From NCBI GenBank assembly GCA_964652685.1, contig CAZZBS010000001.1, positions 129,298 to 193,297 of the forward strand: DNA of 64,000 nt, read 5' to 3'. Under the pieces are notes generated by a model, which worked only from the letters and a program-made list of their open reading frames with translations, ran no database searches and was not told where the DNA came from. Origin of the DNA: an uncultured Lentimicrobiaceae bacterium (GTDB lineage: Bacteria > Bacteroidota > Bacteroidia > Bacteroidales > SKPS01). Shown piece after piece: positions 7,426 through 17,617 of the stretch. Within the stretch, counting starts at the first letter, position 1. Every line of letters begins with the position of its first letter. Both the position numbers and the translations under genes were made by a program.

Positions 7426-9201
7426 ATGGAACCACAAAACATGATGAAAAGCGGGGAATTTCTTTCAAGGGACATTCAGCCTGAAGAGATGTTCATTCCT
7501 GAGGAGTTCAATGAGGAACAACTCATGATTGCAGATACGATCAGGTCATTCATTGAAACGGAAGTTTACCCGAATCTTGACAAGCTTGATAAAGGAGACA
7601 GGGAACAGATGGTAAGTCTCCTCAGGAAGTCGGGGGAGCTGGGTTTGATGGGGATTTCGCTGCCGGAGGAGCTTGGCGGGTTTGGGCAGAACTTTGTGAC
7701 CCAGATGCTTGCAGGCGAAGTTGTTGGTGGAGCTTACTCTTTCTCCGTTGCATTCATGTGCCATACAGGGATCGGAACATTACCGATCATGTATTACGGT
7801 AATGAAGACCAGCGCCAGCGGTATGTAACCAGACTTGCAACAGGCGAATTACTTGGGGCTTATTGTCTTACAGAGCCTGGGGCCGGCAGTGATGCTAATT
7901 CGGGAAAGACAAGGGCGGTATTAAGTGAAGACGGGAAGCATTATATCCTAAACGGTCAGAAGATGTGGATCACCAATGGTGGTTTCTGTGACACCCAGGT
8001 CGTATTTGCCAAGATTGACAATGACCGGATCCTGAGTGCATTCATCGTTGAGACATCCTGGCCTGGGGTTGTAATTGGTCCTGACGAAGTCAAGATGGGT
8101 ATTAAAGGCTCATCCACCACACAAATCTATTACAACGACGTCAAGGTGCCCGTTGAGAATCTGATTGGCAAGCGGGGTGAAGGATTCCGGATTGCGCTCA
8201 GTATTCTTCACATGGGAAGGATGAAACTCGGAGCCAATGTAATCGGTGCAGCGAAAGTAACCATTGACCAATCGGTACAATATGCCAATGAACGGAAACA
8301 ATTCGGGGTACTTATTTCAACATTCGGTGCCATTCAATATAAGCTTGCAGAGATGGCCATCCGCACTTTTGCCCATGAATCAGCAATTTATCGGGTAAGT
8401 AGAGATGTAGATATACTGTTGGATGAGTATAAATCGACCATGGAGGATATTGGCAGGGCAACCATTGAAGCGATCAGCCATTTTGCGGTTGAAGATGCCA
8501 TCCTCAAGGTATACGGATCCGAAATGCTTGACTATGTTGTTGACGAGGGTGTACAGATACATGGCGGTATGGGCTATTCAGCAGAGATGCGGGTTGAACG
8601 TGCTTACAGGGATTCACGCATCAACCGTATCTTTGAAGGCACCAACGAAATTAACCGGCTCCTGATCGTTGAAAGTGCATTGAAAAATGCCAGAAAGGGG
8701 ATGTATGACCTTTTTAGCGAGGCTGAAAAGATCTATGAAACCATTGACCAGATCCAGCCGGTTACCACCGGAGATTCTTACGGGATTTGTTTCAGTGGAA
8801 TAAAAAACTTCAAGAGAGCCATCATGCTGGTGGTGTACTGTTTCACAAGAGCATTCAAGTCGATCGTTGAAGAACAGGAGATTCAGAACAACATTGCAAA
8901 CATGATTATGGAGCTATACATTGCAGAATCGATGGCACTCAGGATCAGGAAACTGGAAGCTCTGAAAGACAAAGCCAGCCATGATATCCTGAAGGACATG
9001 CTGGATGTAAGGTTACGCGATGCTGCCCATATCATCCGGAAAAACGGCATGGATGCGGTCTTCTCTTTTGCTGACGGAGAGGAATCTTCCAGGCTGATCA
9101 AAGCCATCGGGACTTTGACCTACCTGCCGGCAGTTAATATAAAAATGGCAAGGAGACGGATTGCAGGGAAGATCATCGAAGAGAACAAGTATTGTTTCTG
9201 A
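7426..9201 (+). CDS. acyl-CoA dehydrogenase, long form
   Basis: ATG 7426 preferred over TTG 7417 in the ORF track. YCLTEPGAGSDA, QIHGGMGY and RINRIFEGTNEI motifs are present, with a C-terminal extension of ~150 aa. Confidence 0.9.
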   Translation: MEPQNMMKSGEFLSRDIQPEEMFIPEEFNEEQLMIADTIRSFIETEVYPNLDKLDKGDREQMVSLLRKSGELGLMGISLPEELGGFGQNFVTQMLAGEVVGGAYSFSVAFMCHTGIGTLPIMYYGNEDQRQRYVTRLATGELLGAYCLTEPGAGSDANSGKTRAVLSEDGKHYILNGQKMWITNGGFCDTQVVFAKIDNDRILSAFIVETSWPGVVIGPDEVKMGIKGSSTTQIYYNDVKVPVENLIGKRGEGFRIALSILHMGRMKLGANVIGAAKVTIDQSVQYANERKQFGVLISTFGAIQYKLAEMAIRTFAHESAIYRVSRDVDILLDEYKSTMEDIGRATIEAISHFAVEDAILKVYGSEMLDYVVDEGVQIHGGMGYSAEMRVERAYRDSRINRIFEGTNEINRLLIVESALKNARKGMYDLFSEAEKIYETIDQIQPVTTGDSYGICFSGIKNFKRAIMLVVYCFTRAFKSIVEEQEIQNNIANMIMELYIAESMALRIRKLEALKDKASHDILKDMLDVRLRDAAHIIRKNGMDAVFSFADGEESSRLIKAIGTLTYLPAVNIKMARRRIAGKIIEENKYCF

Positions 9202-9205
9202 TGAT

Positions 9206-9898
9206 TCAGAAGAGCCCTTTAACACGAGGTTTTTCGGCAATAAACTCTTTGAGGTAAAGCGGCTCGAAATAGGCCACATTTTCGAACTGTTGGGCTGAAA
9301 AAGCAGACAGGGCAGGTTTCCCCAGAAGCCTTGCAGAAGGAAGCACATCATCTCTGATGACGACGTTACGGTCACCACTGAACAAATCCCTGAATTTGAA
9401 TGCGCCGTTACCGGTCAGATATCTGCACGCCGGTGATGGCAGGTTATCAAAACTATCACGACTGATGATTTTTGCACCCAGTGGCTCTATTACCCTCATA
9501 GTCCCGTCGAAAATCATGGTATATACCTCCATCCGGCCTGCATCAATCATGGGTATGAAATAGTCATCCGGGTTGCATTCTTCTGCCAGATGCAAAGCCA
9601 TGGCTTCAAGGGCAGAAACACCGATGAGAGGTATATGATGGGCAAAGCACACTCCTTTTGCGGCAGAGACACCGATACGTAATCCTGTATAGGAACCTGG
9701 GCCTTTGCTGACAGCGACTGCACTGAGCTGATTAGCGTGATATCCCTTTTCTTCCAGAACTTCCTGAATAAACCGAGTAAGGAGGGCAGCGTGGTTGTAA
9801 CCCTCATTGACCTCTCTGATGCTCATCAACTGCAGACCATCAAACAAAGCCACTGAACAAACCGAAGTTGATGACTCTATGGCCAGGATCAGGGTCAT
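9206..9898 (-). CDS. tsaB: tRNA threonylcarbamoyladenosine biosynthesis protein TsaB
   Basis: ILAIESSTSVCSVAL and GPGSYTGLRIG motifs of the YeaZ/TsaB family; 230 aa. Confidence 0.9.
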   Translation of the reverse strand: MTLILAIESSTSVCSVALFDGLQLMSIREVNEGYNHAALLTRFIQEVLEEKGYHANQLSAVAVSKGPGSYTGLRIGVSAAKGVCFAHHIPLIGVSALEAMALHLAEECNPDDYFIPMIDAGRMEVYTMIFDGTMRVIEPLGAKIISRDSFDNLPSPACRYLTGNGAFKFRDLFSGDRNVVIRDDVLPSARLLGKPALSAFSAQQFENVAYFEPLYLKEFIAEKPRVKGLF

Positions 9899-9904
9899 GG
9901 TCTG

Positions 9905-11293
9905 TCAGTTTTTAAACAACTCTTCTTTCTTTACTTTGGTAACCTTGTCACCACTTTTCAAATCACGGGTTATGGCCCCGTAAGGTGCAATAACCACCTC
10001 CTCTTCTGCTTTAATTCCTTCTGTAATCTGTATGTATTCGCTATCCTGAATACCTGTTTTCACTTCGCGGATTCGCACGATGCCTTTACTGTAAATGAAC
10101 ACATACTGTTTCAACTCCTGAAGTTCTTCTTTTTTATCTCTCTTTTTTTCCTCTGCTGTTTTCTCCTGTACGGGTTGATCCTGGACCTTTTTATAACGAT
10201 CAAGTCGTGAGCCGGTAGTATCTTTCCTTGTGGTAACAGCTTCGATCGGGACAGCGATCACATTCGGTTCAAATGCTGTGCGGATATCCACATTGGCAGT
10301 CATTCCAGGGCGAAATGGGGAAGCATCCGAATCATTGCCCGGAACAAGGTCTTCATAAGAGGACCTCAGCAGGCGGATCTTCACCTCGAAATTGGTTACC
10401 TGTTCAGTAGATAAACCGGTGGCAATGGCTGAATTGGCAATTCGTGTAACCACTCCGGAAAACTTACGGTCACGGTATGCATCCACTTCAATGGTTGCCG
10501 TATCATTCAGTTTCACCCTGATGATATCGTTTTCACTAACCTCAATATTGACCTCCATGCTTGAAAGGTCGGCTATACGCATAATCTCAGTGCCTTCAAA
10601 CTGTGATGTGCCGACCACCCTCTCTCCTTTCTTTTTCGACAACCTTGAAATAGTTCCATCCATCGGTGCAACCACAGTTGTTTTTGTAAGGTTTACCCTA
10701 GCATCCTTCAGGGATGCTTCAGAGCTTTTCACGGCGAAAAGTGCTGCTTCCACACTTCGTTTTGATGCTTCAAGTTCTGCATTAGCCACCTGCCAACCGG
10801 TTTCCGCATTCTCAAGTTCTGCATCAGACACTGCCCCTTTTTTATGAAGAGAGCTGATACGGTTGAACTCATTTCTGCTCTTGATAAGTTGGGCCTCGAT
10901 CTGGCTCTGTCGTGCCTTTGCGTTGGCGAGGTTGGCACGTTGGGCATTCACACCGGCTTCCATTTGCTCCAGATACGACATGTAATTCTCAGGGTTGATC
11001 CTCGCCAGGGGCTGTCCTTTACTAACTTTTTCCCCCTCTTCAATAAAAAGCTCTACAATCTCCCCGGACACATCAGGGGTAATCACTAGTTCCGTTTCCG
11101 GCTGGATTTTTCCGTTTGCTGTAACTGTCTCGATGATACCTCTTGCTACCGCTTTTTCTGTAGCTACTTTTAGGGTTTTATCCTTTCCGATCCATCCCTG
11201 CTTTTTGCCCACCACCAGCAACACCAGCAGTATGGCAATTCCGCCCAGGATGTAATACAAAATCTTTTTTTTCATTAAGTTTTTCATTTCCAT
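9905..11293 (-). CDS. efflux transporter periplasmic adaptor subunit (HlyD/MFP family)
   Basis: Trimmed to ATG 11293 (MEMKNLMKKKILYYILGGIAILL, a TM anchor), which avoids a 125-nt overlap with the upstream TolC-like gene. The layout is lipoyl-like, coiled-coil, then beta-barrel. Confidence 0.85.
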   Translation of the reverse strand: MEMKNLMKKKILYYILGGIAILLVLLVVGKKQGWIGKDKTLKVATEKAVARGIIETVTANGKIQPETELVITPDVSGEIVELFIEEGEKVSKGQPLARINPENYMSYLEQMEAGVNAQRANLANAKARQSQIEAQLIKSRNEFNRISSLHKKGAVSDAELENAETGWQVANAELEASKRSVEAALFAVKSSEASLKDARVNLTKTTVVAPMDGTISRLSKKKGERVVGTSQFEGTEIMRIADLSSMEVNIEVSENDIIRVKLNDTATIEVDAYRDRKFSGVVTRIANSAIATGLSTEQVTNFEVKIRLLRSSYEDLVPGNDSDASPFRPGMTANVDIRTAFEPNVIAVPIEAVTTRKDTTGSRLDRYKKVQDQPVQEKTAEEKKRDKKEELQELKQYVFIYSKGIVRIREVKTGIQDSEYIQITEGIKAEEEVVIAPYGAITRDLKSGDKVTKVKKEELFKN

Positions 11294-11348
11294 TTTAGTA
11301 TAAACATAAGGTATTGAATGTTTACCAGAGCATCTTCTTTTTAAGGAT

Positions 11349-12782
11349 TCAGAGCCGTATTTCATGTCCCATATAAAAATCCAGCAGCCTGGATTTAAAA
11401 ACATATTCGTACCTGGCGCCAAGCATCTGGGCTTCAGCAGCCATAAGCCGGTTTTTGGCATCGTTATATTCAAGACTGTTGATCATCCCTATATTAAAAC
11501 GTTCGGTAGCATAATTGAACGATTCTTTCAGGGCATCCAGTGATTTGGCTGAAGCAAGGTAGTTATTAAGGGATGCATTAGCATCGGCATGGGCCTGTTG
11601 TATTTCCTGCATCAGTTTTTGTTTCTGGAGATCAAGATTGTAATGAGCGTTGGCCAGTGAAAGTTGTGCATTTTTTATTCCGGTATGGTTCTGCAAACCG
11701 TTGAACAGGGGTATAGTCAGGTATAAAGCCACCGACTGATTGAAATTATCATTGATCTGCTTGCTGAACGGTCTGAGGGATTCGTTGATGGTGAAATCGG
11801 GGGCAAAGACCGTATCGAAGGAGGAGGTGATCATCCCATTGGGAGCAAATCCGGTGAATGTATAGGCATAATCTTTCCGTGCCCCTGAGAATCCTGTCCC
11901 CATGGAGGCGGTAAGGTAAAGAGTGGGTAATGCACCGCCTTTTGCTGCCTTGACACCGGCACCTTCACTTTCAACCATCACTTCTGAAGCTTTGATCTGG
12001 GGCTGAATGTCAAGGGCGGTATTATATATCTGCACAGGTGTCAGAAGAAGGGTCTGGCTTACTTCAGGCCTTTCCAGATCGGGGATTGCAATGGTAAAAG
12101 TGGTTCCTGGCGGTATATTCATCACCTGGGCAAGGGTAAGGTAGGCCATGTCAAGCGTATTCTGCGCCCTGACAAGGTTTACCTCTTCAGCCGCCACCTG
12201 TGCTTCAATTGCCAGCAATTCTCCTCTTGCAAGCATGCCCTCCTCAACGAGTTGCCGTGTCCGAGTAAGTTGCTGCTTGGTGATGCCAAGCTGTCCTTCC
12301 GCAACACCCAATTGTTCCATACTGTAAAGGACCTGCATATAAGCAGTTGCCACATTGAGCATAATATCATTCAGGGCTTTATCGCTTTCCAGTTGCCTGG
12401 CCATAAGATTAAGGTGCTGCTGGGAAGCCATGTGGAGCAGTCTGAATCCGTTGAAGAGGGTGATTCCTGACTGAATATAAAAATTATTGGTCTGCACCCT
12501 TTCCGAAGCAAACTGATTGGTATAAAGGTCAACTGTCTGACCCCAGTTATATCCATGGCTTGCATTGGCTGTAAGGGTAGGGAGCAATGAGGCTTTTGCC
12601 TGTTGCAGTGTATTTTGTTGCATTTCAACATTCAGCCGACTGATTTTCAATGAGGTATTGTTGTTAACTGCCTGATCGATGCATTGCTGCAGATCATATA
12701 CGGCAGTCTGAGCATCAGCCGGATGGTAAAGCAATGGTATACACGATAGTAGCAACAGGAAAAAAAGTATCTTTCTTTTCAT
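11349..12782 (-). CDS. TolC-family outer membrane efflux protein
   Basis: Signal peptide (LLLLSCIPLLYHPADA) and two internal TolC-type repeats with long helical segments. It sits directly upstream of the adaptor gene. Confidence 0.85.
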   Translation of the reverse strand: MKRKILFFLLLLSCIPLLYHPADAQTAVYDLQQCIDQAVNNNTSLKISRLNVEMQQNTLQQAKASLLPTLTANASHGYNWGQTVDLYTNQFASERVQTNNFYIQSGITLFNGFRLLHMASQQHLNLMARQLESDKALNDIMLNVATAYMQVLYSMEQLGVAEGQLGITKQQLTRTRQLVEEGMLARGELLAIEAQVAAEEVNLVRAQNTLDMAYLTLAQVMNIPPGTTFTIAIPDLERPEVSQTLLLTPVQIYNTALDIQPQIKASEVMVESEGAGVKAAKGGALPTLYLTASMGTGFSGARKDYAYTFTGFAPNGMITSSFDTVFAPDFTINESLRPFSKQINDNFNQSVALYLTIPLFNGLQNHTGIKNAQLSLANAHYNLDLQKQKLMQEIQQAHADANASLNNYLASAKSLDALKESFNYATERFNIGMINSLEYNDAKNRLMAAEAQMLGARYEYVFKSRLLDFYMGHEIRL

Positions 12783-12840
12783 AACAGCAGATTGATTTCC
12801 GGACTTTTAAAGAAGAGGGACCGATTGGTGAACAAGGAAA

Positions 12841-12848
12841 CAAACTTA
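12841..12848 (-). promoter_or_regulatory. -7 box TAAGTTTG upstream of tolC-like gene
   Basis: Exact match on the minus strand, 58 nt upstream of ATG 12782. A TTG lies 22 nt further upstream (CAA at 12871-12873 on the plus strand). Confidence 0.35.
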
Positions 12849-12973
12849 ATGAAAAATGTAGCGAAGTGGTCAAAACAATGAAGGAAGTTCTGAAGGGTTA
12901 TCCTGTTTCGAGGGCCATTCGGCTTCTCTCTGTGACATCGTATTAGTAACATCATAAAAAAAACTATCTTGCG

Positions 12974-15346
12974 GTGAAAAAAAACAGGATAATGATGAAT
13001 CTGCGATCTGTATGTATCATACTGATATCGTTTGCTGTCGGATCTTCACGGGTATCAGGCCAGGCATTAAAAAGCGACACAATCAACGTACTGAACTATA
13101 CCATCCATCTTGACCTGAAACATTTGTCGCATCAACAGCTTTACGGAGCTGCTGACATCACTGCCATACCCGGGATGGCATCCATCAACAGCTTCTCTCT
13201 CGACTTCCGCAAACTCACTGTAGATTCAGTACTCCTCAATGGTATCGTTCACTCTGGATATGTTTACAATGATACCGTGCTCAGGATTTTACTTTCCACT
13301 CCTTTTTCCATTGCTGACACATTTGTGCTACGTGTTGTGTACCATGGTATTCCGTTGATCGAACCTTACAACTGGGGTGGATTTCATTTTCTGTCCGACA
13401 GCACCCTTGCCTATAATCTTGGGGTTGCGTTTGATGATTATCCACACAATTACGGACGGGTATGGTTTCCCTGCCTGGATGATTTCATTGACCGTGCCAC
13501 CTACGATTTTTTTATACGAACCAAAGCCACTCATAAAGCTGTATGCGGGGGGATTTTTCAGGGAAGCAACCTAAATCCGGATGGCAGCATTACCTGGTAC
13601 TGGAAACTGGAGCAATCCATCCCTACCTACCTGGCATCGGTAGCTGTCGGGGAGTTTTCTGTCCTGTCATCGGTTTATCATGGTATCTCTGATACCATTC
13701 CTATACTTATCTATGTAAGACCGTCTGATTCCGCCAAAGCGGTTGGTTCCTTCTCCAACCTGGACGAAATGCTGAATATTTTTGAATCGCGTTATGGGCC
13801 CTACCGTTGGCCAAGGGTTGGTTATGTCGGGACTACCAAAGGGGCCATGGAGCACGCAATGAATATTGCCATGCCGCGGAATCTCATCACCGGTAACTTT
13901 TCCTACGACTGGCTGGTGGCACATGAGCTCTCCCATCATTGGTTCGGTGACCTGGTCACCTGTTCTTCCGCTGAAGACATGTGGCTCAATGAAGGATGGG
14001 CCAGGTATTCCGAATCGGTTTATACAGAAGGGATGAGCGGTTGGCAGACCTATAAGGCGGGGATTATGAACCTCCAGAAACAGGTGCTCAATTTTGCCCA
14101 TACCAACGCCTCAGGAGGAGATGGAGTATATTTCCCATTGTATCCGGTACCCCAGACGCACACCTATGGCACCACCGTTTATGATAAAGGGTGTCTGATC
14201 GCTCACACGCTCCGGGGATACCTGGGTGATTCCGTTTTCTTTGATGCCATCAAAGCCCTCCTCAACAATTTTGCCTTTCAACCTGTTTCCTCCTACCAGA
14301 TGAGAGACTACCTTAGCCAGCATACCGGGATTAACCTCACCCCGTTCTTTGATGGATGGGTCTTTACCCCCGGATTCCCTCATTTCTCAATTGATTCGGT
14401 GCAATCGATTCAACATGCAGGTGGCTGGAATGTAACCGTTTATGTCAAACAGAAGATGGTGGGACGAACTACCCTTGTCAATAATAATGTCGTGGAAATT
14501 GGTTTTTATGCTGACATCAATACATGTGAAATACGCCGGCTTTCCTTCTCCGGGGCAAACGGACTAGGGACATTCTGGCTTCCGTTTAAGCCCATACTGG
14601 TCCTGATGGATCCGGAAGACCGGCTTTCCGATGCCATTACCGCTGAAACTGTAATGATTACCGCACCGTCCCAACCCCAGTTCAATAATATGTTTTTCAG
14701 ACTCAAAGCAAACACCATCACCGATACCCTTTTCGCACGTATTGAACATTCATTCGTGCCACCTGATCCCCTTCCACAACCTGTTGCAGGACTGACCCTT
14801 TCACCAAACCGTTACTGGAAAATCACTGGTATCATTCCTCCGGGAAGTTCTGTTGAGGGCATATTCTCATACAGTACCGGAAATCAGTTCGACAATGCCT
14901 TGATCACCAATACAACAGATTCTCTGATCATCCTGTACCGGCCTCATGCCGGTGAAGCCTGGCATGGTATCCCCTTCATTAAAAGTGCAAATCCCAATGT
15001 AGGTAATATCACGGTTTCTGATTTTCAACCGGGCGAATATGTTCTTGCCAAATGGGACAAAGACCATATCGGAATAGAAGCCGTAGCTACCAAAAGTGGT
15101 TCATCCATTCAAATCTATCCAAATCCTGCATCAGACAAGATCATTCTCCGGTCAGAAGGACCCGGCAAGCTGACGATCAGGATATACGATCTCAAAGGTG
15201 AACTACTGGGGCAGATGGAGGTTCAGCCCTCCGAAGGAGAATCGTATGTTGATCTTGCAACTTTCAACCGGGGTATCTACCTGATAGAAGTACTGGATGA
15301 GCATGGAGTGGAAATCGCATCAAAAAAGATAACCCTGGGTAAATGA
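12974..15346 (+). CDS. M1-family zinc metallopeptidase with T9SS C-terminal sorting domain
   Basis: HELSHHWFGD...WLNEGWA gives the HExxH-x18-E gluzincin motif. There is a signal peptide. The last ~80 aa (IQIYPNPASDKIIL...GIYLIEVLD...KKITLGK) resemble a type A T9SS sorting domain. Confidence 0.85.
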   Translation: MKKNRIMMNLRSVCIILISFAVGSSRVSGQALKSDTINVLNYTIHLDLKHLSHQQLYGAADITAIPGMASINSFSLDFRKLTVDSVLLNGIVHSGYVYNDTVLRILLSTPFSIADTFVLRVVYHGIPLIEPYNWGGFHFLSDSTLAYNLGVAFDDYPHNYGRVWFPCLDDFIDRATYDFFIRTKATHKAVCGGIFQGSNLNPDGSITWYWKLEQSIPTYLASVAVGEFSVLSSVYHGISDTIPILIYVRPSDSAKAVGSFSNLDEMLNIFESRYGPYRWPRVGYVGTTKGAMEHAMNIAMPRNLITGNFSYDWLVAHELSHHWFGDLVTCSSAEDMWLNEGWARYSESVYTEGMSGWQTYKAGIMNLQKQVLNFAHTNASGGDGVYFPLYPVPQTHTYGTTVYDKGCLIAHTLRGYLGDSVFFDAIKALLNNFAFQPVSSYQMRDYLSQHTGINLTPFFDGWVFTPGFPHFSIDSVQSIQHAGGWNVTVYVKQKMVGRTTLVNNNVVEIGFYADINTCEIRRLSFSGANGLGTFWLPFKPILVLMDPEDRLSDAITAETVMITAPSQPQFNNMFFRLKANTITDTLFARIEHSFVPPDPLPQPVAGLTLSPNRYWKITGIIPPGSSVEGIFSYSTGNQFDNALITNTTDSLIILYRPHAGEAWHGIPFIKSANPNVGNITVSDFQPGEYVLAKWDKDHIGIEAVATKSGSSIQIYPNPASDKIILRSEGPGKLTIRIYDLKGELLGQMEVQPSEGESYVDLATFNRGIYLIEVLDEHGVEIASKKITLGK

Positions 15347-16611
15347 GCAAGACGAGATTCACCAGCATCATCATATTGATCCTCTTCATGACAGGCATAT
15401 TGTCTGCCCGAGGTCAGGTGTTGTACCGTATCGGTCCTGAAAATGCTGATTGTGATAACCCCATTCACCTGTATGACACGATCTACGGACCTACCACCCC
15501 TCCTGTCGGCCACGGAGAGATCATAGAATTCAACAGCCATAAGAACGACCTCTATTCTTTTGAAAAAGAACATCATACTGTATGGTATACCTTCGAAGCA
15601 CATGAGAACTGTGATCTTCTTCTGGATATCATCCCACTTTCGATCAAGGATGATTATGATTTTCTCCTTTTTCGCTATGAAGGCACCCAGACATGCCAGA
15701 TGATCAGGGAAAAAAAACTAATACCCCTAAGGAGTTGTATCTCAAGAAATGATACTGCGATCAACAGCCGTACCGGGTTAAATGCAGATGCCAGTGATGA
15801 TTTTATACATGCCGGTCCAGGCCCTTCGTATGCAAAGGCACTACCGGTAAAAGCGGGGGAACAATACCTGCTTATACTTGATAATGTTTATCCTGACGGC
15901 AACGGGCATTATGTACACTTCAAATTCAGGAACTGCAGGGAAAAATCCGAACCTGAAGAGACTACTCCGTCAAACTATTTGAATATCAATGTAAGAGATG
16001 CATCAACCTTTAATATGATAGACGCCGATATCATCCTTATCAACCGGTCTGTACCCAAATCGGAAGAAGCTACCATGCAATGGAAGAAGACCGGAAGCCT
16101 GTTTATCAGCATTGAAAAGCAAACCACTTATCAGATCATTGTAAAAGCACCCGGTTACTTTCAGTTTACGGATCAGATCAAGACGGGGGCTGATTACCAG
16201 ACCTACCTGAAAACCGTGAACCTGAACAGGATTGAAGAGGGGAAAAAGGTAGCTTTCAATAATATCCATTTCATAGGAGGAAGCGACCAGTTTCTCCGGG
16301 AATCCTACCCGGTATTGGAAGATATCATTCAGACACTGATGGATCAACCTGATATTGAAATTGAAATTATCGGGCATGTCAACGATCCGTACAACAATCG
16401 CAGCGGCATGTCTCCCGCCCACAACCAGACACTGTCCGACAAGCGGGCACAAGCTGTCTACGAGTACCTGGTAAGGAAAGGGATATCAACATCAAGGCTG
16501 TCATGGATCGGAAAGAGCAATTCAGAAATGATCTACCCGTACGCCAACACGGAAGAACAGATGCAGGCCAATCGCAGGGTTGAACTTTACATAAAAAAAA
16601 CAGGGCGATAG
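15343..16611 (+). CDS. OmpA-family protein with unknown N-terminal domains
   Basis: Its ATG overlaps the upstream stop (ATGA). It has a signal peptide and a C-terminal OmpA-like peptidoglycan-binding domain (LSDKRAQAVYEYLVRKGI...NRRVELYIKK). Confidence 0.8.
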   Translation: MSKTRFTSIIILILFMTGILSARGQVLYRIGPENADCDNPIHLYDTIYGPTTPPVGHGEIIEFNSHKNDLYSFEKEHHTVWYTFEAHENCDLLLDIIPLSIKDDYDFLLFRYEGTQTCQMIREKKLIPLRSCISRNDTAINSRTGLNADASDDFIHAGPGPSYAKALPVKAGEQYLLILDNVYPDGNGHYVHFKFRNCREKSEPEETTPSNYLNINVRDASTFNMIDADIILINRSVPKSEEATMQWKKTGSLFISIEKQTTYQIIVKAPGYFQFTDQIKTGADYQTYLKTVNLNRIEEGKKVAFNNIHFIGGSDQFLRESYPVLEDIIQTLMDQPDIEIEIIGHVNDPYNNRSGMSPAHNQTLSDKRAQAVYEYLVRKGISTSRLSWIGKSNSEMIYPYANTEEQMQANRRVELYIKKTGR

Positions 16612-16658
16612 AAGCTGCTGTGCCTGTATCACCCTGTCCGGAACAAACCGGATGGTCA

Positions 16659-17513
16659 TCATTTCACCATTATGACAAGGTACTTTGAGGAACGCCAGAA
16701 ATTGGTATGATCAATAATCTCGATCTTTTCTATGGCTTTTTCGCCAATCAGGTTGTAGCTGTTCGAAGGATGGACAGTGATCAATTTTGCTGTTTTCGCA
16801 TTAATGGGGATCGATTTTACCTTACGAATGTCAATTTCGGTAAAGTACTGCGCATTGAAATCTTTTGACAACGCTTTGGTCTTTCCTAATCCGACAAATC
16901 CACCTTCCCTGGTGATGATGCCATGGTCACGCAGTTCCCGTTCGGTTCCGATAACATAATATGCTTTGTTCAGTTCAATATCCTGCTGAGAAATAACCTC
17001 CTCCCTTGAGGCCAGATCAGAAGTAATTGACTGTATATGTCCTGCCAGATTCTGTATTTCAACATCCTTTGCTGCAAGTTGGTTGGTGAGGGTTACGATT
17101 TCCGCATCTTTATCCTCGATGGTTTTTACAAGAACATCGACGGTTTTTTCAAACTCAGCAATTTTCAGGTCTGCATTCTTCACCCTTCTTCTTAGTGATG
17201 CAATGGTTTGCTTGTTTTTTTCCATAAGTTCGGCAATAAGGGTCAGGTCTTCCTTGATCCGCTGTTTTGCATCCATGGTAAGATCTCCGGTGCCCTCCTT
17301 GCGGATCAGTTTTTCCTTTTCCTTGATCAATGCCAGGTTTTCTTCAATCTCATTATAAGATGAAAACAGAGCATTCAAGGTAGAATCTTTTGTCATGGAT
17401 TCTGTCCGTAACCTCTCGTTTTCAGACTGTAGGTTTTCAATTTCAGTGTTGGTAGCCCTGTTACAAGCAATCAGCAGGGTCAGCGGCAATAAAAAGAACC
17501 ATAATTTTTTCAT
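16659..17513 (-). CDS. coiled-coil lipoprotein, unknown function
   Basis: Trimmed to ATG 17513 (MKKLWFFLLPLTLLIAC, a lipobox). A long heptad-like E/K/L-rich region follows, then a conserved-looking C-terminal globular part. Confidence 0.5.
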   Translation of the reverse strand: MKKLWFFLLPLTLLIACNRATNTEIENLQSENERLRTESMTKDSTLNALFSSYNEIEENLALIKEKEKLIRKEGTGDLTMDAKQRIKEDLTLIAELMEKNKQTIASLRRRVKNADLKIAEFEKTVDVLVKTIEDKDAEIVTLTNQLAAKDVEIQNLAGHIQSITSDLASREEVISQQDIELNKAYYVIGTERELRDHGIITREGGFVGLGKTKALSKDFNAQYFTEIDIRKVKSIPINAKTAKLITVHPSNSYNLIGEKAIEKIEIIDHTNFWRSSKYLVIMVK

Positions 17514-17572
17514 AGCATCAGGTTTTACGTTAAACATTCAATCAGTGAATTTTTTACTCATTTCTTTGATCC

Positions 17573-17580
17573 ACAAAATT
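17573..17580 (-). promoter_or_regulatory. -7 box TAATTTTG upstream of coiled-coil lipoprotein
   Basis: Exact match on the minus strand, in the 80-nt gap after pheT. Confidence 0.35.
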
Positions 17581-17617
17581 ACAAATCATTGAGCACTCCC
17601 TGATAACAGCAGGAAGA

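Noticed and set aside
11294-11473. N-terminal extensions in the ORF track: adaptor 11294-11473, buk 249-323, topA 34502-34567, miaB 34592-34690
   Set aside because: The extensions overlap neighbouring genes or promoter boxes. They add non-conserved-looking residues ahead of well-known family N-termini, so the internal ATGs were chosen.
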